The notes under the pieces: model-generated
Databases searched by the model: none
The model's input: the letters and a program-made list of their open reading frames with translations, nothing else
What the model was told of the DNA's origin: nothing
Origin: a virus
Lineage: Duplodnaviria; Caudoviricetes
Length of the DNA stretch: 64,000 nucleotides
Virus record (IMG/VR): IMGVR_UViG_2974760311_000001
Coordinates: 4,022 to 68,021 of that record
Direction: 5' to 3' (one strand)
In this document: positions 45,695-54,975 of the stretch, one piece after another
Position numbering within the stretch: the first letter of the stretch is position 1
Layout: each line of letters starts with the position of its first letter
Program-made: the position numbers and the translations under genes

Positions 45695-46611
45695 GCGAGC
45701 TGTCGTTAACCGCCATGCGCGGTTATCCCGGCTCCGGTAAGTCCACTATGGCGCGGCAGGTTGCTAACGAGCTGGGCGCTGTAGTGGTCAGCCGGGATGA
45801 GTTGCGCATCATGCTTCATGATTCGTACTGGACCGGCAAAGCGGAATGTGAGGATCAGGTAACCGTCGCGGAGCGTGCGATGGTTACCGCTCTTCTCAAG
45901 AATGGCTTCTCGGTCGTTCTCGACGAGACGAACTTGGAGCCTAACCGCTTGCGTAAGTGGGCTAAGCTCGCTAGCCAGTTCGGCGCTACTTTCCGTCGCT
46001 ACGACATGGCCGTTCCCGTTGAGGAATGCATCAAGCGTGACCGCCGTAGGTGGGAGCGTGGCATCCGTTCGGTGGGTGAGGACGTGATTCGGAAGATGGC
46101 TAAGCGCTATCCAATGAAGAACTGGCCGGATATTCAGGCACCGCCGACTTTCGACCCGACTCCGGTCGAATGGGTGGAGGGGTATCCGGAGGCGATCATT
46201 GTCGACATCGACGGCACGTTGGCGCACATGGATGGCCGGTCGCCGTACGACTACAGCCAGGTCCACACCGACACCGTTGACGAGCAGATCAAATGGCTTG
46301 TTAACAAGATGGACGACGCCGGGGTAATGATCCTGGTCGTGTCCGGTCGGGACGATGAGTGCCGCGAGGCCACTGAGAAGTGGCTCTCGGAAAACGGCAT
46401 CTGGTACGACGAGCTGCACATGCGTCCTACCGGGTCGGTGGACGAGCGCGGGAACAAGCTGCCGGATTACCTCGTGAAATACAACCTGTTCAACGAGCAC
46501 ATTCGCGGCAAGTACAACGTGCGGTTTGTCCTGGACGACCGGAATCAGGTGGTCGACCTGTGGCGGGCTATCGGGCTTAAGTGCCTGCAAGTGCAACCGG
46601 GAGATTTCTGA
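45691..46611 (+). CDS. pnk: Polynucleotide kinase / 3'-phosphatase (T4 Pnkp-like)
   Basis: P-loop GYPGSGKS + SRDELR; HAD DIDGT, VSGR, VLDDR. Confidence 0.92.
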   Translation: MSELSLTAMRGYPGSGKSTMARQVANELGAVVVSRDELRIMLHDSYWTGKAECEDQVTVAERAMVTALLKNGFSVVLDETNLEPNRLRKWAKLASQFGATFRRYDMAVPVEECIKRDRRRWERGIRSVGEDVIRKMAKRYPMKNWPDIQAPPTFDPTPVEWVEGYPEAIIVDIDGTLAHMDGRSPYDYSQVHTDTVDEQIKWLVNKMDDAGVMILVVSGRDDECREATEKWLSENGIWYDELHMRPTGSVDERGNKLPDYLVKYNLFNEHIRGKYNVRFVLDDRNQVVDLWRAIGLKCLQVQPGDF

Positions 46612-46817
46612 TGAAACTGGGAAACGTCGTGATAAGCGGCTCAGGGTCGGTGAGCATTTCACCGGATGGGCTGCACATCCCGATTCCTGACACGGACGCG
46701 GTTATCAAGTACGACGCTAAGGCGCGCAAGCTTGAAATCGCGGGCCTTAAGGACGCCGACAGGGTACTGCTCCGCTCCGACACCTACTCACAGCAGGTGT
46801 TTGTCGAGTTCAAGTAG
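46611..46817 (+). CDS. Hypothetical protein
   Basis: ATG overlaps upstream TGA. Confidence 0.5.
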   Translation: MKLGNVVISGSGSVSISPDGLHIPIPDTDAVIKYDAKARKLEIAGLKDADRVLLRSDTYSQQVFVEFK

Positions 46818-47231
46818 GTGGAGCACCTACTCGTAACGCCTTTCACACGGCCACCCATGACCGCTAACGATCAGCGGCGCGCACATTGGGCCGTGGTCGC
46901 TAAGGCGAAAAAAGAAGTAGGGGACACGGTTTACTGGCTGGCACGGCGGGCGGGCATTAAGGACTTAGGTCCGTCCGTCGTGTCTGTCACCTGGTACACG
47001 CCAACTCGGCGCGCTACCGATTCCGATTCCCTAGGCCCTTTCGTTAAGGGTGCCCTAGACGGGTTAGTAAGGGCGGGCGTCTGGCCTGACGACAACTCAC
47101 GGTACGTCAAACAGACGCGTATGGCAGTAACAGATTCGGATACGAAACATCCACGCATCGAGATAAGGATTTGGGAAGTTGGCGACACCGGAATTGAATT
47201 GGTGGGCACAGAACTGGCGCAAGCTGGCTGA
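46818..47231 (+). CDS. rusA: RusA-like Holliday junction resolvase
   Basis: PPMTAN..HWA; RRATDSDSL..KGALDGL..GVWPDDN. Confidence 0.8.
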   Translation: MEHLLVTPFTRPPMTANDQRRAHWAVVAKAKKEVGDTVYWLARRAGIKDLGPSVVSVTWYTPTRRATDSDSLGPFVKGALDGLVRAGVWPDDNSRYVKQTRMAVTDSDTKHPRIEIRIWEVGDTGIELVGTELAQAG

Positions 47232-47484
47232 CTGCCAGTACGTCGACCCTGAGTTGTTTTTCCCCCTAAAGGGCCAGAACAACGCATGGGCTAAGCGCAT
47301 CTGCGCGGGTTGCCCGGTGCGTGAAGAGTGCCTTGAGGACGCGATGGCTGCCGAATACCGCGAGCAGAAGGAAAACCGGCACGGCATTCGCGCGGGGTTG
47401 ACGCCTACCGCGCGCTACCAGCTCGCTAAGGAACGCGGCGAGTTCATCCGCACGAACGACGACGATTTGATGGAGGTTGCGTAA
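47179..47484 (+). CDS. whiB: WhiB-like protein
   Basis: ADC..VDPELFFP..AKRICAGCPVREECL..GIRAG. Confidence 0.9.
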   Translation: MATPELNWWAQNWRKLADCQYVDPELFFPLKGQNNAWAKRICAGCPVREECLEDAMAAEYREQKENRHGIRAGLTPTARYQLAKERGEFIRTNDDDLMEVA

Positions 47485-47486
47485 AA

Positions 47487-47822
47487 GTGGCAGAACACGT
47501 GACGGTAATCGCAACCAACGTCGCTGGGAGGCGTAACCGCACCATTCCGGAGTTGTCAATCCCAGACCTTCCCGGCGCGGTCTGCAAAGGGGTTGAAGAC
47601 CCTGACATTTTCTTTCCCGGCGTCGGCGGCGGGGGGCGCAAAGCGATTAAGCAGGCTAAGGCCCTGTGCGCCACCTGCCCCGTGCGGGTCAAGTGCCTCG
47701 ATGAGGCGTTGAACTGGGACCGGGAATATCCCGACTACTACGACCGGACGCAAGGCATCTGGGGCGGGACTACGGAAGCTGAGCGGAAGGTAATCCTGAA
47801 AAAGGAGCGACATGCTGCTTAG
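47487..47822 (+). CDS. whiB: WhiB-like protein
   Basis: GAVC..DPDIFFP..AKALCATCPVRVKCL..GIWGGTTEAER. Confidence 0.9.
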   Translation: MAEHVTVIATNVAGRRNRTIPELSIPDLPGAVCKGVEDPDIFFPGVGGGGRKAIKQAKALCATCPVRVKCLDEALNWDREYPDYYDRTQGIWGGTTEAERKVILKKERHAA

Positions 47823-48054
47823 CACCAAAATTAAGCTCACTAACGGTGCCGTGCTCTGTTACGAGTACAACAGTCTGCTCGACCGCCATAGCGTGAGCTA
47901 TCGGCACGGTTGCGCCGAGGGCTTCTGGATGAAGTTCGTTAAGAAGCCAGGCGAGATTATCAACCTGATTGCCCCGTACCGGGACGGCAACCCCGAGGTC
48001 TGCGAGCTGATCGCCTGGCTATCAGAGCGGGCCGAGTTGCCACGGTATGCGTAA
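47812..48054 (+). CDS. Hypothetical protein
   Basis: 80 aa. Confidence 0.5.
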   Translation: MLLSTKIKLTNGAVLCYEYNSLLDRHSVSYRHGCAEGFWMKFVKKPGEIINLIAPYRDGNPEVCELIAWLSERAELPRYA

Positions 48055-48135
48055 GCGCCGTAAGCGGCACCGCCGCAATTGGGGTGAGTTTCTAGGCAGT
48101 CTGTTCGGCGCGTTCATCGAAGGGTTCTTAGACAT

Positions 48136-48702
48136 ATGGGACTAGGGGAGCGGTGCAGGTCCGGTCGCAAGTGTGTGAGCCGCACTCCAGACGGGCCAGC
48201 GCTCGTAGTGGCGCGGCCCCTCTGCGACGGCTGCATTAGGGACATTCAAAAGTGCCTCGATGAACTGCCGACCTATTCGGAACTGCTCGAAACCTACAAG
48301 GGTTACGTGCCCGGTTCTGTGGGTCAGTCAAAGGTGAGTTCATCGGCTGAACCTAAGGCCCCGCTAAACCTGACGGTCGTTGACCTGATCGGCCAAATTC
48401 GGGCGGTGCTTCACCGCGCGGACGGCTACCAGGTGCGGGACCTAATCACGCTTAGCGGCGGCTTAGAAGTGGCTCTCGATATTCGGGACGTTTATTCCAA
48501 AGCGGACGGAATTATCGGGCTGCAAAGGGTGTGGGAGCGGCGGCGCGTCCCATGTCCTGAGTGCGCTTTACCCACTCTCGGGGGATGGGTGGGTGAGGAC
48601 CGCATTTACTGCACTAACGCAGACTGCGGGACCACCTTAACGAAAGCGCAGTACGAAGAATATTGCGAAATGAAATCGAAAGAGAAGGTTAAGCGTGGCT
48701 AG
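48136..48702 (+). CDS. Hypothetical Zn-binding protein
   Basis: C..C..LCDGC and CPEC..CTNADC motifs. Confidence 0.6.
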   Translation: MGLGERCRSGRKCVSRTPDGPALVVARPLCDGCIRDIQKCLDELPTYSELLETYKGYVPGSVGQSKVSSSAEPKAPLNLTVVDLIGQIRAVLHRADGYQVRDLITLSGGLEVALDIRDVYSKADGIIGLQRVWERRRVPCPECALPTLGGWVGEDRIYCTNADCGTTLTKAQYEEYCEMKSKEKVKRG

Positions 48703-49078
48703 TGTTGACATTCAGCAGGTTGGCAATCTCACCGCCGATCCAGAGCTGAGGTTCCTGCCTTCTGGTGTTGCCGTTGCCCAGTTCTCCGTGGCTTCTACGC
48801 CGCGCGTTAAGAAGGGCGACGAGTGGGTCGACGGGGAGACGGTGTTTCTCCGCTGCACCGTGTGGCGTGAGCTGGCTGAGGGTGCCGCAGAGACCCTGCG
48901 GAAGGGCGATCAGGTCGTTGTGCTCGGCAAGCTGAAGCAGCGTTCGTTCGAGACCAAAGAGGGCGAGAAGCGGACGGTGTTCGAGGTCGACGGCGAGTTC
49001 GTCGGTAAGTCTGTTCGGGCCAGGAAGTCCCGCGACGGTGGCTATTCGGCTGCCGCCACGGAAGAGCCTCCGTTCTGA
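48695..49078 (+). CDS. ssb: Single-stranded DNA-binding protein
   Basis: [20 protein letters not shown]; acidic EEPPF C-tail. Confidence 0.95.
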   Translation: MASVDIQQVGNLTADPELRFLPSGVAVAQFSVASTPRVKKGDEWVDGETVFLRCTVWRELAEGAAETLRKGDQVVVLGKLKQRSFETKEGEKRTVFEVDGEFVGKSVRARKSRDGGYSAAATEEPPF

Positions 49079-49095
49079 TCGACAATCCTCGCTGA

Positions 49096-49132
49096 GGGTG
49101 GGGCTGGTAACCCCGGCCCCACCCATTCTTTT
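49096..49132 (+). terminator. Terminator-like hairpin after ssb
   Basis: GGGTGGGGCTGG / CCGGCCCCACCC then ATTCTTTT. Confidence 0.65.
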
Positions 49133-49145
49133 CTAAGGATACGAA

Positions 49146-49364
49146 ATGTCTCACGAGAAGACTTCTGTTGTGCTGCGCAAAATCGGCAGAGCCGCTAAAA
49201 GCCGAGGACTCACGTTCGAGGTTAAGCGGGCTGGCGGTAATCACACCATTTACAGCTTGGACGGCCACATGGTGACCATTCCTAATGGCTCAAAGGTCAC
49301 TCGGGTTGAGGCCACGTATCGGCAATTGCAAGTCAAACTCGGAAGGGGTTGGTGGCGGGAGTGA
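49146..49364 (+). CDS. HicA-like mRNA interferase fold protein
   Basis: 72 aa; F..KR.GGNH.IY......VTIP pattern of HicA with the conserved His. Confidence 0.65.
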   Translation: MSHEKTSVVLRKIGRAAKSRGLTFEVKRAGGNHTIYSLDGHMVTIPNGSKVTRVEATYRQLQVKLGRGWWRE

Positions 49365-49603
49365 TCGGTTTCCTGATTTTCCTGTTTTTCACACTCATTT
49401 ACCTGTTCGTCGCGGGGATGGTTTACCAGCGGACGCTAACGATGCTAAGGGCGCGGTGCCGCGACCGTCGCTCCGTTTATCGGGATTCCAGCCATCGCGG
49501 CTGCGATCACGCTGTGGGCGCTGGTCTTGCTGCGGCCTTCTGGCCTTTCGCTTTCCCGCTTATGTGGGGCATCAGCATCGTTTCTCCTAAGGAGGATAAG
49601 TGA
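49349..49603 (+). CDS. Small membrane protein
   Basis: Two hydrophobic segments, FWPF motif. Confidence 0.6.
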   Translation: MVAGVIGFLIFLFFTLIYLFVAGMVYQRTLTMLRARCRDRRSVYRDSSHRGCDHAVGAGLAAAFWPFAFPLMWGISIVSPKEDK

Positions 49604-50019
49604 AGAGAATCCTCGTAACCGGCTCCCGTGATTGGCGAGACGACACCACTGTCCGTCTGGCGCTGACCATCCATTGCGTCTGCGAAGACGAAATAACGAT
49701 TGTTCACGGCCATTGTCCCACGGGAGCCGACGCCATCGCAGACCGCTTCGCGGTGAAGCATCCACGCTGCACGCCTGAGCGGCACCCTGCCAACTGGGAG
49801 GCCCCGTGCGGCCCACAGTGCCATCACCGGCCCCGCTCTAAGAACGGTAAGCCGTACTGCCCGATTCAGGGCCATATCCGGAATCAGGAGATGGTCGACC
49901 TCGGCGCAGACGTGTGTTTGGCGTTCCCGCTTGGCGAGTCCAGGGGGACGCGTGACTGCATGAAGCGCGCTGAGCGCGCCGGTATCCACGTAATCAATTA
50001 CGGAGACGAGGTTAAGTGA
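49600..50019 (+). CDS. SLOG / DUF2493 (YspA-like) protein
   Basis: RILVTGSRDW, IVHG.CPTGADAIA, HIRNQEMV, AFP..SRGTRDC. Confidence 0.8.
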   Translation: MKRILVTGSRDWRDDTTVRLALTIHCVCEDEITIVHGHCPTGADAIADRFAVKHPRCTPERHPANWEAPCGPQCHHRPRSKNGKPYCPIQGHIRNQEMVDLGADVCLAFPLGESRGTRDCMKRAERAGIHVINYGDEVK

Positions 50020-50158
50020 GAAAGCCCTATCAACGCGACTGGCGTTGGCTGCAAGCTATGGGGCTTTACCTAAACCCGCCAGGTGACACACCAAGCGAAC
50101 GCTTCATGGTGAGCATTTCAGCAATCAAAACCCTCTACGACATCGAAATGAGTTATGA

Positions 50159-51433
50159 ATGAGTTTTGAAGCTCCCGAAAACGTTAACTACGCGGCCACC
50201 ATTGTCCAGGTGCCAGAGCCGGTCAAACTCGACAACCTCGACAACCTGGTGGGCATCCCCCTGTTCGGCTACCAGGCGCTAACGCAGAAGACCATCCAAG
50301 CCGGGGACCTGCGTGTCCTGTTCGTCGCTGAGACGCAGCTCGACCACGAGTACGCCAGCGAGAACAACCTGTACCGCGAGGCCACCCTCAACAAAGACGG
50401 CAGCGTGACCGGCTACATCGAGCCGAACGGGCGCGTCAAGGCCCTGCGCCTGCGTAAGAACCAATCGGACGCCCTGCTCATGCCGCTCGAATCGCTGGCC
50501 TACACCGGCTACGACATCTCGACGCTGAAGCCGGGTGACACGTTCGACAAGCTCAACGGCCACACGATCTGCCGCAAGTACGTGCCCAAGGGAGCTAAGT
50601 CGCCAGCTAAGGGCCAGCCTAAGGTGCGTAAGCAGGTCGACGAGCGGTTGTTCCCGAAGCACCTGGACACGGAGCACTTTTTCCGGAACCTGCACTACTT
50701 CCGGAAGCCGCGCCATGTCGTGTTGACGCAGAAATTGCACGGTACGTCCTGGCGGGGCGGCAACATCCCGGTCGCGCGCGCTAAGGGCCGGGTTGAGCGG
50801 TTCCTGAACTGGCTGGGCTACCACACGCCTGACACCGAGTACAAGCATGTCTTCGGGTCGCGCAACGTGGTTAAGGGCCGGTCGGAGAACAACCACTACT
50901 ACGAGACCGATCTATGGGCCGAGTACGGCAAGAAGCTCGAAGGGAAGATCCCTGAGAACTACATCGTGTACGGCGAACTGATCGGTTGGGTGGACGAGAC
51001 CACGCCGATTCAGAAGAACTACACCTACGACCTTAAGCCTGGCGAGTGCGAGTTGTACGTGTACCGGGTGGCGGTGGTTAACGCTCAGGGCATTATCGCT
51101 GACCTGTCGTGGGAGGGCGTTAAGGACTTCTGCCGGTCGCTCGGTTTGAAGTGGGTTCCGGAGTTCTTTCAGGGCACGGAGCATTACGCGCACGCGGAAA
51201 ATGACGATGACGTGGTGAGCACGGTTAAGGCTCATTACCTCGATAAGCGGTTCGCCGATCTGGGATTCCCCGATGCGGTTCGGCTGTCTGATCCCAAGTC
51301 GGTCGATGAGGGTATCTGTGTGCGTATTGAGGGTCAGATTCCGCGCGTGTTTAAGGCTAAGTCGCCGCTGTTCCTAGAGCACGAGACGAAGCAGTTGGAT
51401 AAGGGTGAAATGGATATGGAGGTAGCGGCTTGA
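50159..51433 (+). CDS. ATP-dependent RNA ligase (Rnl2-like) with N-terminal OB-like domain
   Basis: Motif I TQKLHGTS, YGELIG, EGICVR, FKAKSPLF. Confidence 0.88.
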   Translation: MSFEAPENVNYAATIVQVPEPVKLDNLDNLVGIPLFGYQALTQKTIQAGDLRVLFVAETQLDHEYASENNLYREATLNKDGSVTGYIEPNGRVKALRLRKNQSDALLMPLESLAYTGYDISTLKPGDTFDKLNGHTICRKYVPKGAKSPAKGQPKVRKQVDERLFPKHLDTEHFFRNLHYFRKPRHVVLTQKLHGTSWRGGNIPVARAKGRVERFLNWLGYHTPDTEYKHVFGSRNVVKGRSENNHYYETDLWAEYGKKLEGKIPENYIVYGELIGWVDETTPIQKNYTYDLKPGECELYVYRVAVVNAQGIIADLSWEGVKDFCRSLGLKWVPEFFQGTEHYAHAENDDDVVSTVKAHYLDKRFADLGFPDAVRLSDPKSVDEGICVRIEGQIPRVFKAKSPLFLEHETKQLDKGEMDMEVAA

Positions 51434-51918
51434 GTTACGACTACAAGGCTCCGGTGTTGGAGCCGCACGAGGTGGCTTTCCCTAAGCCGACGCCAGAGCC
51501 GATGAGCAGTAGGACGAAGGTGCAGGCGGTTAAGGCGCTGCGGGACAAGTACCCCAGCATGGGCCTGAAAGAGGCTGTCGACATCGTTGAGGGTAAGAAG
51601 CCCCGGCCTGACGAGCCGGATCGGAGTGCCCCGATTGTGCTGTCTGACGCGGAGCTGAAGGCCGCTAAGTCGGCTATCCGGCAGGTTCACGCGAACTTTG
51701 ACGTGAAGTTGCAGGCGGTCATTGACGCGATCAACCACGTCCGGACGAACGATCCGGTGGGGACTCTGCGTAAGAACACGAACGGTCAGTACGCGTTCTG
51801 CTACGAGCCTGGCAAGTGGCTGGTCATTGATCCGGACAAGCCTGCTTACCGGGCTGCGGACGGGCTGTCTGAGAGCGCCGCGATCCGCTCGACGTGGGAA
51901 TTGGTGGTGCTCGGCTAG
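51430..51918 (+). CDS. Hypothetical protein with ribosomal L7/L12 C-terminal-like motif
   Basis: KVQAVKALRDKYPSMGLKEAVDIVEG. Confidence 0.6.
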   Translation: MSYDYKAPVLEPHEVAFPKPTPEPMSSRTKVQAVKALRDKYPSMGLKEAVDIVEGKKPRPDEPDRSAPIVLSDAELKAAKSAIRQVHANFDVKLQAVIDAINHVRTNDPVGTLRKNTNGQYAFCYEPGKWLVIDPDKPAYRAADGLSESAAIRSTWELVVLG

Positions 51919-52022
51919 GTGGTCAATTACCTGTCGGGGTTGACGGTGGGCACGGTCGTGGGGGCCGTGCTCATCCTCACCCTCATCGCTAAGGGTGGAT
52001 TGCAAATCGGGAGGGCTGAAGA

Positions 52023-52307
52023 GTGAGCTACACACTGTTCGCCGCGTCCAGCAATGGCCTGGCCCTGGTGACGCATAAGGACGGCGAGATTTACCGCTAC
52101 AACCTTGGGCGTCGTGACGGCGTTATCACGTACGAGAACACGAAGTACGCTAAGCCGTTCACGCCTGACGAGATGGGCGGCTGGGAGTTGTTTAACCGGA
52201 CGTTCTCTACGGCACGCAACATGCAGGTGTGGTGGCAGTACGACCGGTCGGGTGGCCGGAAGCCTCGTGACTCCGGTCTGTTGCGTTCGGTGCGGGATGT
52301 CGGGTAA
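52023..52307 (+). CDS. Hypothetical protein
   Basis: 94 aa. Confidence 0.55.
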   Translation: MSYTLFAASSNGLALVTHKDGEIYRYNLGRRDGVITYENTKYAKPFTPDEMGGWELFNRTFSTARNMQVWWQYDRSGGRKPRDSGLLRSVRDVG

Positions 52308-52647
52308 GTGGCCGTGGCCGTCAGATACTAAGGAGGACCGGTACCGTCGAATTATCGACCACTACCGGTCAGCCTTAGCTGAAGCCGACTATGAAGCGTG
52401 CGCGAAGGTCGATAACCAAATGGTCGAGTATGGGCAGGGTTGGGTCTGCGACAACTCGATCATTGACGTTAACGAGATGCTTAGCGCTAAGGAGCTTGCC
52501 GAGAGGTTCGGCCTGTCGGAGTGGAATGTGCGTGATTGGGCGCGGCGTCACCCTGACAAGATTCGCAAGCATAAAGCTGCTAATGGGCGGACTTTGTTCC
52601 GTGTCGGGGATGTGCTGACGTACCACGCAACCAAAGGGAACTTGTGA
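52297..52647 (+). CDS. HTH DNA-binding protein
   Basis: ATG 52297; LSAKELAERFGLSEWNVRDWARR HTH. Confidence 0.7.
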   Translation: MSGKWPWPSDTKEDRYRRIIDHYRSALAEADYEACAKVDNQMVEYGQGWVCDNSIIDVNEMLSAKELAERFGLSEWNVRDWARRHPDKIRKHKAANGRTLFRVGDVLTYHATKGNL

Positions 52648-52683
52648 GCGTGCTTTAATTAAAGAGGGGAAAGTTATACCCAA

Positions 52684-53094
52684 ATGTGGGTTGAGAGTCC
52701 GCTGATTCCTGGCGTGATGGTTTCCGACCAGGGCAAGGTCAAGGGTCCGCGCGGCAAAGAGTTGTCACAGTGGACGGACGAACGGGGCTGTAGGCGCGTC
52801 AAAGCGGGCGGTAGGCCGTGGGCGGTACATCTCCTAGTCTTGACCGCTTTCATCGGTCCACGGCCCGATGGGGCCGGTCCAATGTGGCTTAACGGCGACC
52901 CGTCAGACAACCGGCTGGTGAACCTGAAATGGCACACCGAAAACGAGCCAGGTGTTCAGGTGCGGGTGAACCGCTGCCGCAATGGTCACATCTACTCACG
53001 GGAAAACACGAAGATGTGGGGTTCGGGTCACCGGATTTGCCTCGACTGCGAACGCGGTGTGGCTCCGGTTACTGAGCTTCCGGAAGTGCTTTAG
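52684..53094 (+). CDS. NUMOD4/HNH-like endonuclease (probably inactive)
   Basis: VSDQGKV, VHLLVLTAFIGPRP, LNGDPSDNRLVNLKW, CRNGH..C..C; usual catalytic His replaced by Trp. Confidence 0.7.
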   Translation: MWVESPLIPGVMVSDQGKVKGPRGKELSQWTDERGCRRVKAGGRPWAVHLLVLTAFIGPRPDGAGPMWLNGDPSDNRLVNLKWHTENEPGVQVRVNRCRNGHIYSRENTKMWGSGHRICLDCERGVAPVTELPEVL

Positions 53095-53195
53095 CGCGCC
53101 CGCCAAGCCTTTGATGCTTGGCCGGTTCTGGCTGCGCTAGGGGCGGGTGTCCTAGCTGGGGGGTTGGGACACCCGTCCTTCTCGTCTAAGGGGGT

Positions 53196-53438
53196 GTGAT
53201 GAGGCCGTCAGATATTGCGTGGCTGGCGCTCGCGGCTGGGATTGTCGGGTACGAGATTGCTGCCCCTCCTGGTGAGCTTCTTAGCGAAGGGTGGGACCGG
53301 TACTTGCGGCGGTTCCCGGTGGCGGCTCGTGTGCTGCCGCTGATTGTGACGCTGCATGTGATTAACGCGCTGCCTGAGCGGTTTGACCCGGTTCACCGGT
53401 TGTCAGTGCTGCTTAGCGGCTTAGGGGGAAAGAATTGA
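53196..53438 (+). CDS. Small hydrophobic protein
   Basis: AWLALAAGIVGYEI.A..GELLSEG.DRY motif. Confidence 0.6.
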   Translation: MMRPSDIAWLALAAGIVGYEIAAPPGELLSEGWDRYLRRFPVAARVLPLIVTLHVINALPERFDPVHRLSVLLSGLGGKN

Positions 53439-53797
53439 CCACGAGGGACGCTGTTAACCCTTCGCATTACAAAGACGGTTGGTCGGACGGCGCGCAGCTG
53501 ATCAGCATTTCTGAGAATTTGACCGGTAACGGTGCTCAGGCTGTGCAGTACATTGCGCGCGCTACTCGGTTGGACCCGTCGCTTACCAAAGGCGACACGG
53601 ATTCTGAGCTGGTCGAAGACCTTAAGAAGGCTAAGTGGTTCGTCGAGCGTGAGATTGCTCGTATTGAGCGCCGGATTAAGGACGCTGCACTCCGGCCTGG
53701 TGATAGCCCGAAAATCACAATTAATCCAATTATGCCGCCGGTTGACCTTGATGTTTACTTCAAATCGCTGGCGTCGCACCCGCAGGGGTTTGCGTGA
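53435..53797 (+). CDS. DUF3310-like protein
   Basis: DAVNPSHYK..GNGAQAVQYIARA..EDLKKAKWFVEREI. Confidence 0.8.
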   Translation: MTTRDAVNPSHYKDGWSDGAQLISISENLTGNGAQAVQYIARATRLDPSLTKGDTDSELVEDLKKAKWFVEREIARIERRIKDAALRPGDSPKITINPIMPPVDLDVYFKSLASHPQGFA

Positions 53798-54573
53798 GCG
53801 CGCGGGTCCTGGTCCTCGACATCGAGACGCAGCGGGCCATTGTTGAGGTATTTGACCTGTTCAGGCCGTGGATTGGCATTGACCAAGTTCGTGTTCCTAA
53901 GCGGGTGTTGTGCTTCGCGGCTAAGTGGCGCGGCGAAGACAAGGTGATCTTCAAGGCCGCGTGGGACGACAATGACGAGGATGCTTACCGGCGCATGATG
54001 CAGGCCGCGTGGGAGCTGCTCGATTCCGCAGACATCGTTGTCACCTGGAATGGCGACCGGTTCGATATGCAATGGCTTGAGGCCGAGTTCCTGCGCCTAG
54101 GTATGCCGCGTCCTATGCCGTACAAGTCGGTTGACCTTATTAAGACCGCTAAGCGGTGGTTCAAGGGTGGCCTGATGAGCTTGAAGCTCGATTGGTCGTC
54201 CCGAATCATTCTTAAGGACCGCAAGGTTAACCACGGCGGTAACGACCTGTGGTGGGACATTCGGCACGGTACGCGCGCTGAGAAGCGGGCCGCGCAGAAG
54301 ACGATGCGGGAATACAACGAACACGATGTGGTGCTTACCGCTCGCTTGTTTGAGAAGTATCTGCCGTATCTGAATGTGAACTTGGCCCTGTATGGGGGGC
54401 ATGACGACGACGTTATGCGTTGCGTTAAGTGTGAGAGCGAGAACCTGAAAAAGGACGGCGTTAAGGCGTACGTCACTAACGCGGGTGTCTATCAGATGTA
54501 TCGCTGTAAGGACTGTGGCGCGACTTCGCGGGGTAAGAAGATTCGCGCAACGACGGAGTTGAGGCCGGTCTAA
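53794..54573 (+). CDS. DnaQ/DEDD-like 3'-5' exonuclease with C-terminal Zn ribbon
   Basis: VLDIET, TWNGDRFD, YNEHDV; CVKC..C.DC. Confidence 0.85.
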   Translation: MSARVLVLDIETQRAIVEVFDLFRPWIGIDQVRVPKRVLCFAAKWRGEDKVIFKAAWDDNDEDAYRRMMQAAWELLDSADIVVTWNGDRFDMQWLEAEFLRLGMPRPMPYKSVDLIKTAKRWFKGGLMSLKLDWSSRIILKDRKVNHGGNDLWWDIRHGTRAEKRAAQKTMREYNEHDVVLTARLFEKYLPYLNVNLALYGGHDDDVMRCVKCESENLKKDGVKAYVTNAGVYQMYRCKDCGATSRGKKIRATTELRPV

Positions 54574-54974
54574 TGGATTGGGACATTAAGCACCCTAAGC
54601 GTGAGACTATGCCGTGCGATAAGGCTATCTGGCGCGCGATGTGCCAGGGTGCGGCGGGAAAGCTTGTGCTGTGGCTGTCACCTTCGGTGCAGGCGATAAA
54701 GACAACGTTATCCGCGTTTAACCACTTCACGTTTGAAGACCAGTCAGCCCGTGATGTTATCCATCATGTGTATACGGCTCACGGCTATCAGCGTGTGACG
54801 TTCCGTGAGGGTGGCGGGAAGGTCGTGTTCCTGTCTTGGCAGGGATCGGCTGGTCGTGGCTTCTCACCGGATGTCGTGGTGGTAGATGGTAGCCCCGTGC
54901 CTAAGCGTGTGCTTGAGGACCTTGGTCCTGTTATCGCGCGTGCTGATGCGGTTTACCAGATTGCGTCGTGGTGA
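54573..54974 (+). CDS. Hypothetical protein
   Basis: 133 aa; GRGFSPDVVVVD helicase-like fragment. Confidence 0.55.
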   Translation: MDWDIKHPKRETMPCDKAIWRAMCQGAAGKLVLWLSPSVQAIKTTLSAFNHFTFEDQSARDVIHHVYTAHGYQRVTFREGGGKVVFLSWQGSAGRGFSPDVVVVDGSPVPKRVLEDLGPVIARADAVYQIASW

Positions 54975-54975
54975 T

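Noticed and set aside
50119-50130. CAGCAATCAAAA upstream of the RNA ligase
   Set aside because: No closing stem seen and it probably lies in a small ORF; likely chance.
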